Made by a program: the position numbers and the translations under genes. Below the pieces are notes generated by a model that did no database searches, was not told where the DNA came from, and saw only the letters and a list, made by a program, of their open reading frames with translations. A stretch of 64,000 nt of DNA, from assembly GCA_977030845.1 (NCBI GenBank), contig OZ365116.1:15376001-15440000 (forward strand), read 5' to 3'. Positions 26,461 to 40,000 of the stretch are shown here, in pieces (the first letter of the stretch is position 1; every line of letters starts with the position of its first letter). The stretch is from Fimbriosthenelais zetlandica. Taxonomy: Eukaryota.

Positions 26461-27074
26461 GTTCTTCAAAAACGTTCTGCCTGCATATATAATTTCTATT
26501 ACTAATATATATTTCTGAGCCTACAAGGGTAGTACACAAGTAACTAGCAGATGCAGGCATGAAAGATGTGCCTATAGTTGAGTGGTGGGAATGCAGCTTA
26601 TAGGCCTGTTAAGGGTTTTATAACAGTAGGGGGTAGAATAATGTGGGTTGGGGGTACCGCCTTGTTTCCCATGCAGGGAACATATCCAGGGAACAAGTAC
26701 TTTAGGGATAAGGGTTCACAAGCACTTAATGGGTTGAATATTTTACGAGGACTAACGCCCCAAAAGCGAGAATACTTTCCTCACATAAATAGGCATGGAT
26801 AAGATTTATGGCATGGAGTAAGTCCCATAAATATGCAGAGAATTCCATTAAGGCTCAAATACAGCAGCGATAGCTTGTGATTATTAACCTAAATGTCCCT
26901 CAATACGGAGGCGTGATACATGGTAAAGTCTTGGATGCAAATAGGAAGTATTACAATAGCTCTCTACCTGTCATTGTAGGATATATATATATCAGCCACA
27001 GGGATAACTACAGACGACTGTGACAGTCAGTCCCAATCAACCTGAATGTTTCATCTTTAATTATGTCCTGGTAT

Positions 27075-28029
27075 CACAATGACATGTGGGTGCTTGTAAT
27101 TGGACTGAGTTCTCACAGTGCCTGCCACAATGGGACATCGTTATACTACTATTGAATAGGCCTGGGGGATTCCTCACTTATACAGGCCTGGGGATAGGGA
27201 GTGGGAGAGAGAGAGAAAGTAGCCGGGGAGTCTTGTATAAGGCCTGTTCTTTGTCTGCCTTGCCTGGTCAGTGGTCACCTGTAACCTGTGAATAATGACG
27301 TCACTTATACCAGGTGCCAGAATGGTCAGACACAACCCGTACTCAACCATCGCTCTGGCGAGAAACAGAAGGGCTGTATCTGACAGAAAACAGATGCAGG
27401 TGGAGTTGGAGGGTGAGGCGGGGGGAGGCGGAAGGCAGGCCCTCATTGCCAGCCCCTCCCCGGGGTCCATGTTGTAAGAGAGGTAATTTTGCGGCCGGCC
27501 AGCCTCTGTGAGGAGTCTCAGTGCTCACCGCGCTCCGACGGATCACCGGGGGAGGCCCGGGGACATGAGGATCTGTCACGCTTGAGTGGCCATCGATCTC
27601 CTCAGCCATCAGCCACAATGACATGTGGGTGCTTGTAATTGGACTGAGTTCTCACAGTGCCTGCCACAATGGGACATCGTTATACTACTATTGAATAGGC
27701 CTGGGGGATTCCTCACTTATACAGGCCTGGGGATAGGGAGTGGGAGAGAGAGAGAAAGTAGCCGGGGAGTCTTGTATAAGGCCTGTTCTTTGTCTGCCTT
27801 GCCTGGTCAGTGGTCACCTGTAACCTGTGAATAATGACGTCACTTATACCAGGTGCCAGAATGGTCAGACACAACCCGTACTCAACCATCGCTCTGGCGA
27901 GAAACAGAAGGGCTGTATCTGACAGAAAACAGATGCAGGTGGAGTTGGAGGGTGAGGCGGGGGGAGGCGGAAGGCAGGCCCTCATTGCCAGGTGCCAGAA
28001 TGGTCAGACACAACCCGTACTCAACCATC
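27075..28029 (+). repeat. Complex local duplication A-B-A-B'-a with 539-bp period
   Basis: A=27075-27351, B=27352-27613, A=27614-27890, B' (first 101 bp of B)=27891-27991, a (last 38 bp of A)=27992-28029. Copies look identical by eye and ORFs 27086/27625 are identical. Confidence 0.95.
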
Positions 28030-31000
28030 AAACGTTCACACACTATCTTCACTTTGGCGCTCAAAAAGATGATTGCTCGGGAAAAAATAATGGCAAAAAT
28101 ATTAAAAATATTTTTAGCAGATTTCTAAGCTTACTTACAATCTAGCGTGAAATATTTAGCTTGCACAATGTGATATGTCTCACATGGGGGGAAAGGTAGA
28201 GAATGACTGAGGAGAAGGAGCAGCGGATGGCTGTACCAGCACCCGAAAAGGAATGGAACATACAGAGGCCTATATTATTCATACAGCATGGCCGAATCAC
28301 ACTTTTAGATCTTGACCAGCGCGGATAGCCGCAGTGAGGAGCATAAAGAGGCCGTGGTTCATTTTTCATCAGGGAATCAGTGAGAATGATGGGGGTAGAC
28401 TGAGCATTCATATCTGCTGTAGAACAAGGTCGGGGTTTATACATGTATGGGGGTTTGGCAGGCTATTCTTGAGCCATCATGGTCTCTTCAAATCCCTCAT
28501 TTTACCCAGAGGAGGGACAATTTTTCAAGCTAATTTTGTAACATATGGTGGTCAGATGTAGCTATCAAGTCCTGGGGTAATGGAGTGGCAGGGTTGTCCC
28601 ACACTATGAGAATTATACATTATGATGCCGGCTAAATGAATATTTATCGTCCGCAATAATAATAAACCTGGGATGGCCTCCTCCATATTTAGGACAGTGA
28701 CATCCAGTGGCTTTTACATACATTGATTTCTGCCCTGACTAGGTGACAAAGACGTGTCGGGGGCTGTGGTTTTTTTATGTCTCTCTGATGGCCTGGTTGC
28801 ACATTGCTGTCAATATTTACCTCTATCAGTCTTTGTCACCTTCCCCTCACACCCCCCCCCCCCATCTCTGCCCCATATTCTCAACATCCTCTCTCCATTC
28901 CGCCATGCTCATCTCAAAGCGTTAAGGCATGTCTTATCTCTCCCCATCTTTCTCCCCTTGTCAGTCCATACTTTCCTTGAAAGGGTGTAAACTGTTGCTG
29001 TCAAGGAAGATGTATATCCTTGAATATTTTGTGTATTCATCACTTCAGAATATGTGCATTTTTTCAGAATTAAGTTTTCTTTCCCAGAACAACTCAGTGA
29101 CATTGACACTATACTTGGAGTTGAAGGATATCACTCTTGGCGGTCGTTTTTTTAATTCTGTCATTTCATTTCAAGAAAAAGTAATTTGAAACTTGAGAAA
29201 TTTCCAAGCAGACTATTTGAAAATTGGCAGCCGTGTTTAGAGTGGAACCTGGTGGCCTGGAGCAGCCTGGTGGGACCTGAGCAGGAGGGTGGGGTGGGGG
29301 GTGGGGGGAGGACAGGTCATTGTGGGCAGGAGAAGCAGGAGGAGGACACTGGAGAAGCTGTGGGACCGTGGAGGAAGGATCTGGTTACGGATCCCTGGTG
29401 ACATTGATCAGACAGACAGGAGGAGAGAGCAGGTGGACTAATCAGCTAGAGCAATAACACAATCAGGCCAGCAGAAAAAATGTTTCTAAATTAAAAAAAA
29501 AGAAAAGATTATTATCTGATATTCAATTTTTATATCAGTTAATAAGATCCATGATATTTTTATATGATAAGGATTATATGATACATTACTGAACTATGAT
29601 ATATTAAACTATAATATAATTATTATGAGACGACAGAATATTCATTGTGAACAAAGCCAAAATATTATATACAGAGGCTGAACTTTGTTCGGTGGCTGAA
29701 CCATCGCCAACTATGAGGCAGCACAATAAAAACTGGTCACAAATCAGGCCAGATCCATAAAGGGAGGAGAGAGAAGCTCAGACTCCTATTTGAGAATATC
29801 CATGAGGGGGAAAGGTTCAAAAGAACTTCGTTAATGGAAATCTCGCAATAATTGCCACAAAAATGTGCTGACTGCTTATCAACATCGACAAATATTTGAA
29901 AATTATTTATTTAGAATGGCTAAATACAGGGTGAGCAATGTACTAATGCACGCGCTGTGACCGAGTTTCAGCGTAATTGATAACAAAATGATATCAGCTT
30001 TTATCTTCTCAAACTACTAAAGTGTTAGTGGGTTATTTTAAAGACAACATAAATCCAATGAAATATTCCCTACATATGTTTTTTGCACCGCATTCTATCC
30101 TTTTTATCTCTCATATCAGGAATGTATTCGTGTGGGTAATGGAGCACAGTAGTAGCATGAAAGAGGCCTTAAATTCACCAGCTTGACACGTGTACATTTC
30201 CTTTCAAAGAGGTTATTAGTTAACAGGGATAACACAATACTCTCAATCACACTGCCTGTAAACCTTGTTATTGAGGCTATACAATAATGCCTTTGTACAC
30301 TACACATTCTCTCAACAGCTTTGTTGTATGTTTCTTTATATCGTCCATAAATACAAGGACTATAACCAGAACATATCTCCACTAGGCTAACATTGTATTT
30401 CTATGTCTGCCCTCTTTCTTATTTCACCTTCAGTCCTTAAGGGGCAGGGGAGCTAGTTAGTAAGATATACACGGGGATTTGATATACTTAATAAGGGTCA
30501 GTAGACGTTTCAAGCTGCTGGGAGTTGTTATGTTCATCGACTAAAATATGGTAAGGTACAACTGCCTCTGTGGTGAGCAGTTCCCCAAATCCATATTGCT
30601 AACAATACTGTGTATAGGTATACCTCACCACATCAGCTTGTATTTATGACCGTGTAAGGACATATTTCTTACTAGTCATGTTTCTATGGACGAGGAACAG
30701 AGAGGGGTTTCAGGGTCAGTCGGATATAGCCCGAAGCACAAACGCGACTAAGTGTATTTTGTGAAGACCGTATGAAGGCAAGACGGGCAATAGAGATGTG
30801 AAATGCGTGCCACCTCACATGTATATGGTCACTTGTCACGCTACAGGTCTTTGGTCTGTTAAAACAACTTCATTGAGAAGCCTTATGGTTCCGATACATT
30901 GTGAAGCATATGAAAGCAATGGTTATGGGGCAATATGACTACCATATTCAGCAGCAGTTATTGCTAACAAAACATGAATTTGGGGGTATTTTCTTCCCAT

Positions 31001-34000
31001 TACTTGCTCGATATGTGGATTTATACCCTATCCCTCCTTTCTCTTTATGGACGTGAGGTTTTCTATGATGTATTTTATACACCACTTGAGAGAACCGTCA
31101 ATAATCATGCACGTTATTTCACGGGCCAGCAAATGGAATGGCTGTCCACATTCCATTTCACACCTTTGCTTTCAGTATTGATTAGTGATTTCTCACACCC
31201 ACAGCCGGAATATGAGCAGTGGCAGATAGAACCAACAAAATAAAGGCTCTATATACACGAGCTTTGCTCAAACAGAGCATAAAGTATAGATCTAGCGCGA
31301 GCACCCTTGGATGTGTGGAGCAAAGTATGGAATCAATGTGCTGTGTAGGGATATTTATATTCAATATAAGACATTTATTACATTAGAGAATTCATGGAAT
31401 TTAAATTTTAACCAAGAGATGTGAGGGTTTAATGCCATGAGTGAGTTAGACCAGTAGGCAATGTCTGGTAATATACCTCCCTCGCCTGGCAGAATGGCCA
31501 TGGTTTAGGAGTGGCCAGAATATGAAGGTGACAGGGCAGCCGTGAAAACAGGACATCAAAACTGACCTCCCAACCGACATGAAGGCGGGGATAATTATGT
31601 CATAAGCCGGGCTGTGGCCCACAATGTCCACTTTATGCGGCAATCCTATTCAATATTACAAGAAGTCCCTGGCAGCTTGGGGACAGTATGGCCTCATTGG
31701 TAAATCCCAAACCAAGTCTCACGTGAGCAGATAGAAGGATGACATATTTCAAACATCAGTCACTCCCCTCACGGGAGAAATCAGAACTACCCACCAGCTA
31801 TTAGCACAAGGCTATCGATCATAGTCAGAGGCATCTTCAAAGGGCTATGGGATCCTGAGCACCTTTCCCAAACAGAATCTCTCTCTTTCTCCCATTTCCA
31901 GGCTTCAGAAGGTATTCTCTATCCCAGGCAGGAGCAGCTCCAAGCCATAAACTAACTATATAGTTGAGAGGCACACAATTCCACAGGGTTCCAATTACAC
32001 CCCATCCCTCCTTCATATGGAGACACGGGTCGTATGTTTTATAATTGCCTGCTTCATACTTTATAAAGCATGTCTTTTGTTGGCTGCTTGTCGTAATGTG
32101 ATATCTGGATGTAACCGTCACCTTGCCATGTCCCCCCTCGCAGGCCTCTCCACTGAGATCTATATTTCAAATAAAGCAAGGCGAGCTGTGGTAACCTGCT
32201 ACCTCTCACAGTGTCATCCCTCCGGGGTGAAGTATCTTTTTCAAGTTGGGGACTAAAGAAGGACTATCCCCACAGGCCAGCATATTGTCAATACATTTCA
32301 CTTATTGGGCAATCTCGCTAATTGAATGAGCTTAAGCATCAAAGGCCCTCCATGGGAAATCACAGTTTTCACCATATGGATGGCGTGGCCAAAGACGGAG
32401 GGAAAAAGAAGGTTAATATTCCTGCCCATTGAAAGAGGCAGTGATAGGGCTGGTGAATAGAGAATAGCCGGCCGGGAAGATGTGAACTAGAGGCTGCTTT
32501 TTCCTCTCATAGAGAAGGAGAGTCTATTAATTAGAGGTTGGGGCACATCATAATTTTCCATATTTATCCCAGGGATCCCAGTATCGCAAGGAACAGGACT
32601 GTGAAAAGATAATTGCTTGTAAATTTTTGATCAGGTAGAGCATGGATTTACTTCAAACGGCTACCAACATATTATCCCTGCTAAGAGAAACAGAAAGCCG
32701 ACAGCAAATCTGTTTCTACTACAAGCATCGATTGGAAAGTATCTGCTCCACAGTTGTGAGCAAATTTCCTAATTCATCAGATTTTCCTCCCAGGATGGAC
32801 AATGGTGCTTCCCTAACCACCAGTGAAGTGTGATTCTTCACATAAATACCAGCCAATGTATTTTCTATGTATATATACACCAATCTGTGAAGTCGATCTG
32901 GAGAGGAAAACGCCAGTCCAGATCAAGACAATAAATCTACATTGAAAACGGGGCTTGATCGCTTTCAATTGCTTCTCACAGCTCAGTGTGGAAGACACCG
33001 CTGGGAGATGGGGGATGATCAGAGCATTAGGAATGGTAAGAGGGTCCCAGTGGGACTGCTCCTTACATTGGTGGACAAGGCCAGTTCTCCTCTCCATACA
33101 GCCCTTAATGCCACCTTCCACCAAGTAGATTCCCCGCCGAATTGACACGGGACTGTTCCATCGTACAATACGTATATTTTGTGATATTGTGTCATTAGTA
33201 GCTTTCACAGATCAATGCATGACATATTTCAAGCTTTCATTATTTTATAACGCAGTACATGTATATATAAAATAGTGTTATCAATGAACGGATAAAACCT
33301 AATGCTTAATGGAGCCTGAACGCCATCCACTTCAAAGGCCACTCTGAGAGACTGATTCCCAAGACAGGCCGAAGAACCGAGAAAGTGATGAAAGATGCTC
33401 TGGTGAAAAGGGACCCAAACTAACTCTGAATAAAGAAATCCCCATCCCTCTCCAATGTCAGATATGTGATGGCAGAATCTTTTATACAATATAAGACAAT
33501 TTTAACATTTTCCCAAGTAATCCCAAGATGGAAACTTTGAAACTTTCAATCTTCTAAAGACATATATCCTAGGACATTGGCATGGGTCTCACGAGTAGAA
33601 CTTATGATTTGATGTTTTCAGTAACTTACTTTAATCATATATATGCAAATTTTCTATCAGTCTTTTACTTGAGATACGTAACACAAATGTCCCAATGTTT
33701 AACAGGACATTAATGGCATGGAGGCCTATATGATGAAAACAGGTTATAGTAGCAGTAAGGTATAGACATGATTAATGTTAACATATAACTGATGTACTTT
33801 GGCAACATACCATGATGGAGGTAACTCTCAAAGAAAGATTACAAGCCCACTAGTCAAGAGGGATTGATTAATAACAGGGGCTGGCCCACGCTATATGACA
33901 TGGGTACAGAATTATGGCAATGTTCTAAAGACCAGGGGTGGGTTGAGATGCATAATCCATGCCAAATAGTCTTGAGAGCACCACAAATCAAAGACCTCCC

Positions 34001-37000
34001 ATATACAGAGATTATGCAGTATTTGAACATATATGGTGGCATAGAGTATACATTAAGTGGCTGGATGTAAGCGGCATGGTATAAGGAAACCAAGGTAATA
34101 TATCACCTCATTTTCTGCCACTTTGAACAAGAACTTTTTTTTATTTATTCAGGGAAATTACATTTAAAAATAATAAAAACGAGGGCGGGTATATTATATA
34201 ATGACATTTAAAAAAAGAATCTGTTCTTCCGCTCAAACCCTTAATCAAATTATGAAATAAATATTAGGTATCACTTCAGTATAGTGATCAAGCCTTAGGA
34301 TTTTAACACAATAACCAATATGCGTCCATCAAATTACAACTCACAGTAGTGAAACAGAGGGAATAGGTCTATATATTAATCAAATATCAGAGGTTAAGGC
34401 TCCTCTATAGTAGAATCAGGACAAAGGGGATGGAGCGGGGGAGATGGAAGGGAAGGAAAAGTGGAGAGAAGCTTATTAATATCATCATGATTGAAGTCCT
34501 TTAAAGTCCTCCTTCAGATGTGCGATTGATCAGCATGTGTAAGGCGTGGACAAGGCGGGTGAATGATAGGCGAGCCATGAGGCAGTCTGAGATGATGATA
34601 GGCCTTTATACGGGAAGCCATCCAGTCATGGCTTCCCCCTCCTGGCTGGGAGTGGCTTCACACCTCAACTAAACCTCTCCCCTCTATTTTTAAATCAAAC
34701 TCCAGCAAGGCAACACTTTTTGACAGTCGCTGCTTCAAGGCTGTTCTATTCCTATGCTCTATTATATGTGAACATGGCCTTGTTATAGAATAGGTATAAG
34801 AGTTAGTTGTACTAGTTTGAGCCCATGTTAATCTCTGATTGCCGGGCTAGCAATGAGTAAGGTTTATTAGCCATGTAGTCATGAAGCTTTTGATGAGCGG
34901 GATGAGCATCATTTACCCATCTCTCTACACTCTGGTCCTGCTTTAACTGGATCATCTGTCACGGTTAGATACATTCCCATTTCCTGGCCAATTCACTGCC
35001 CACCAAACACCCATCCATCTTGCCCTTTCCCCCCATCGGTCTGTGTACTAGGCCGAATTCTTTCCTCATTTCTACATCCACAATATCATCCCCCAACCCA
35101 TACACAACCATAACTCACGGCCTCTCTCCCCTCCCCCTCCATTTTCCACCGCTTTACCCCCCTCCATCAACCCCGTACACATACCTATAACTCAGACAAA
35201 AAGTGGAGGAGAAACCCCCGGAGACCCGTATAAAAGGTGCTCTTTGGCGGGTGCGATTTTGCACTTTGACTCGGGCGATTGAGTGGGGCGCAATATCCGT
35301 TCTCTTTCCAACTAAATACGTGGTGCGCACTAAAGCAATTTTTCCTATATGTTGGCAATCAGTTGAGAATGAGAGGACTTTTTATTCTGTCAGTTGGTTA
35401 CAGTAATATATATGGCTTGGTGCACACAAGACCTAAAGGATAAAGGGAGGAAGCATTGTGACACGGTCAGGAGGAGTTCTAGCATTGACATCCATGCCCT
35501 TCATGGAATAAAAAACTAATCCAATGATATGGATGGCTGACATTAGGCTGTGAATAATAGTGCCTGGTCACAGTTTACAAAGTACTGGACCTTGGAAACC
35601 TAATCATGTTTAACAAAACAGTGGCTTTGCAAAAACATGGGAAAAATCATTTTGCCAGACAAGTGACAAATCTTGTTTATCCATTTGTTACATGTTTCAA
35701 AATGACATTTCGCTACACTGTGGCATTCAAATACAGCTAGATCCAACAGAACTGTTCCTTAATATTCCGACTTTGAAATATGAGTGAGTAGCATATAAAA
35801 GATAAGCTACTCATGAAGGCACAACTGAAGATTAAGGAAAGGTTGACAGTGTTATATAGTGGGGAGTCAGTGTAGAAAAAGTAGCCACCGTGGAAGGGAC
35901 CATATGTACCCGTTTCCTGATACAATACTCCTATAGAAAGCACCACTACTGCTGCCACCAGCCCAACACACTACCACCACGAGGTCCCAACAACCAGCCA
36001 GTGAGTGCAGGAGGAGGAGGAGGAGAGGTAGACAGAGAGGGGGTGTGTCATGCCAATGAGAACCTGTATAAATAGGATCTGCCAGGCCGTGTGGTAGGAG
36101 TAGTAGTGAGTCGGCGAGAGAGCGACTCAGACACAACACTACAGACTCCACTAACTCCTCTACTATACTACTAAACCAATACTAAACTTATACATCATCC
36201 AAACATCCTTATCTTAAAGGATATGGTTACAAAATGATAACTCAATCCAGCAATGTGACACAGTAAACCGTTACACCCATTATACAATACAGGATTCAGG
36301 ATCTTGTCTCATGATAATAGAGAGAGGGATCTGTTCCGTCTGTACATGATTATAAGGAAGCATGGATGGATGGGTGAATAAGCTGTCGTTTCACGGACAC
36401 GTTGGATCAAGGTGGATCTGATTTACACAGGTGTAAGAGAGAGAGAGGTAAGTGATGTGTTATGTTTAAGTAGATGTATACTCGTGGGAGTCTTCATGTC
36501 TTGTATAGGGCTGAGCTCTGGGCCGGGCTGGATCGGATCATCCTCTCACTCTAATCTTATAGTTTCCTACAGCTCAATATTATTGGATTATAGTTCTCTA
36601 TACTTCCTTTTACACGCAATTTTCTTTACGGTACTTTTGACCTCCTTCTAAGTACTTATACCAACACTCCTTGCCGCTAATTATTTACTTCTTTTTTTAT
36701 CTCCTCACTTGGATCGTCTCCCAATTTTACTCTTTAAATCATTAGTGACATTTCTCTGATTCGCCCAACCATTTCATCTTTTTCTCCATCCTATTCCCGC
36801 CCCAGTTTTTCCTGCTACATGTTATATTCTATTCCAATGTAACTTTCACCCTTTTTCTATTGCGCTAAAAGTAAAACCAGGCACCAAAACTTGTAATCTG
36901 CTAAAAGGATCAGCTGAGCACTAGTTCCAGGAAATTTGAAAACGTTTAGGAACATTCGTGCTCTAGAAACCCAGAATATATTGAGAGTGAGGGGTGTGAG

Positions 37001-40000
37001 GTGCACATAATGTGTGGATGTTTTTTGTTAGATTTATTTACTGCTAGTAAACATTTCCTGCCTTCCATGAGGTTTCACCCTAGAGACAGACACCTCTGAC
37101 TGGGACAAACACATGTGAGGGCAGGTTATGTATATAGGAGCAGGGCAGCTTCTTGAGATTCCATTTTATGTTTGTTTGATTCACGCTCTGTATAGCTGGA
37201 GATCATGTGGGGAAACCTCCAGGCATTTCGAACTTTGGTTTGGCTAACGCCCCCTAAATTAATTAGTGCGTAAAGTTAATAAACTGATTTTAAAACTTAT
37301 TAATAACAAGGCGTCATCAAACTGGAAACAATCATATAAATAAATGTAGGGGATTATCCCTCACTAAAACAGTTAGACAAGTTCTGCACATGTAGACCCC
37401 ATTCAGCGAAGTGAATAGTGAAAAAAGAGCAATATGGTTAGCATCACTTGTCTGGTTGTTTTTTGCTTTATACGAGGAACGTTTCACTGGTGAAGTTTAC
37501 CATGTAGCACTTGACCACATTCGTCGTCTCACACATTTATATATGGCTGAAACAGGGGGAATTATTGAGGAAAATGTGAGATTATCTGAGTCAATTAACG
37601 GTAATCTTCATTACGAAATAGATCTGTAACAGAGGTGAAGGAATGTGTGGGATGGTAAAAGTGTTTAGTTGGGTATAAGAGTAATAGGTACAACAAGCAC
37701 CAAAAGAAAGTACTGAATAATATATTTTAACTTTGTCTGACAGGGGTGCCGAAATCAATAAGAAAAAGCCATTTCTTATTTAGAGCCTCATTGATTCGCC
37801 CTACGTTGAGGCTTAAATAAGATCGATATGGTACCTGTATTTTGCTGGTTAATTCATATAATGTCTAGAATTTCACACTGGCCTTCCAAAATACTTGGAA
37901 GTTTGCTGTAATCATATATCTCGACCTGAACTCATCTTTTTCCAATGGGATTTATGACTATTCGCAGGAAAGTAATATAACATTACACTGGTATTGTCTT
38001 ATTAAATGAAAAGCTTAAAGGCTACTAGTAAAAAAAGGCCCAATTTGATATTCAGTAAGACTGTTACTCATACAAAAAGTTCTGCTGGGCTGCCTGTAAA
38101 ATAGAACACCTACCTCCAAGAGTGGATGTGCCAATGGTTCCTCCAGCGGTGTAAAAAGGCAAGTACAGTCACCTGCCAAGAAACCAAACAGAAAATAACT
38201 TATTTATCAGTAGATGAATGTGAACTATCAAACTTAGACATCATATTTTGATAAACTTAGTGATCATATTCTGATATGTTTCCATGTTGAGATGAGTTAT
38301 ATTATAGCTTCAATAGTTCTCTCTGATATAGGAAACGCAATCATTTAATGTGAGATCAAGGAATTTAAATGCGTTAAACAGTGAATATAATATATTTAAC
38401 AAGACAAAAGACCATTGTTTTATTTATATGCCTGCAGGTGTTGTTCCTTCCTTCAGTGTTTATAATTAACAAGGCATTGTGCTTCTTCAGAGAGATCTGT
38501 TTGGAGTTTTTTTTATGTTTTGGTCAATCACTGACTTGTCTTCTGGGCTTCAGAAGTAACGAATGACATATGTATTGCGCACACTGCTACGAAATTGCAA
38601 TTTTTTCCCATTCCATAATATATAACAGTACACAAAAAAAGAAGTGCGCAGAAGAATTATCGGTTTCCACAGAGATATCACCGTCAGCTCTGGGGAGCAG
38701 AGCTAATAATGGCAAATAAAATAAAATGTAAATGAAGAAAAAAAATACCAGGGATGAACGCTCAGGTACTGGGGTTATACTAATTTAGACCATATCATAA
38801 AACTCAAATAGTCTGACACCAATTATATCAAGCGACTAGTCATCTAATGGCCACATAATTATGGCAATTATTTGTATTTATGGACAGTTGACTTCAGTTC
38901 AATGTTCTAAACACATATATCCCAACATTTTGGTACAACATGCAATTATTTGATTTCCATGGGAATTATTTTCATTCACTATTCTAAAGGGAAAGGTTTT
39001 GGAACACACAGTCTGGACAAATATAATATTTCGAGGGCTGGATAGCAGATAGTTGTGACCCGCAGACAGAAACATGTGGGTTAGCAGGCCTCAATATCTA
39101 ACCACCACTTCCTTCAATTTGCCAAACGAGTTCACTTATAGGTGCCTCTTGTAGGAAGCTTTTTTTTACCCGAAAAACAGGCAATTTACTTAATACTCAT
39201 GAAATATTTTAACGTTGGCTATTTGCTTTTCACAAAACCAATGTTGTAAGTGCATAAGTGATTCATTTTTCTTTTGGAATTGGCATACGCCTTCCACACA
39301 AATATGCTTCTGGAATGGAAGCTTCATTTTCCTTGAACGTTTATAAATCTTTAATGTTTCTTTCATGAATACTATATGATAAAGATAGAATAATACTAGT
39401 TTTATGTGTCAGAGATTGGCCTTGGTCCCGCCCATAGTTAGCCTGAATCCTCTCCATCATCATCCCCGATACCAGTATGACCAGCATAACATGCTATCAC
39501 TCACTCATTTAACTGGAGAAGGAAGGACGCAGATGGACCAATAATAGACAAATACACATGCCAAACACCGCCATTTACATTGATGGGATTCTTCCAAAAA
39601 AATAATCAAATATACATCATATCCTATGAGTTTAATTTGGCATACTTATCGTGATATTTATCAACATTTATCAGTGTCGTGTTCATGGACAAAACTAATG
39701 AAATCATTCATAGAGTTTGTGAAGAATTTCATTATTTATGAAAATAACAGTCGTCAAATAAATGGGTCATGATGTCATTCTATATTTGCTATGCCAATTA
39801 AGCCTATTCCCCATGTTCTACTATACTTTTATAAGAGATCCTCATTTACAAAGGCAGTCATGGTATACTGCTGGCATCCATGAACGTTTGTATAGCGTAG
39901 AGAATGAGTTAATTGGTCTGTCAACAGGGATTCCCTGCCAGGATGTGAACTTAACAAGATGATCCTTCCTCCCTTACCGCCACTCCATTCCACAGGTAGC

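Noticed and set aside
25696-28145. Cluster of overlapping 60-128 aa ORFs as a repeated gene
   Set aside because: They arise from the GC-rich duplicated A/B segments, occur on both strands and have no recognisable domain.
35324-35427. Metal-response elements TGCRCNC
   Set aside because: This degenerate 7-mer is expected roughly once per kb, so two hits are not significant.
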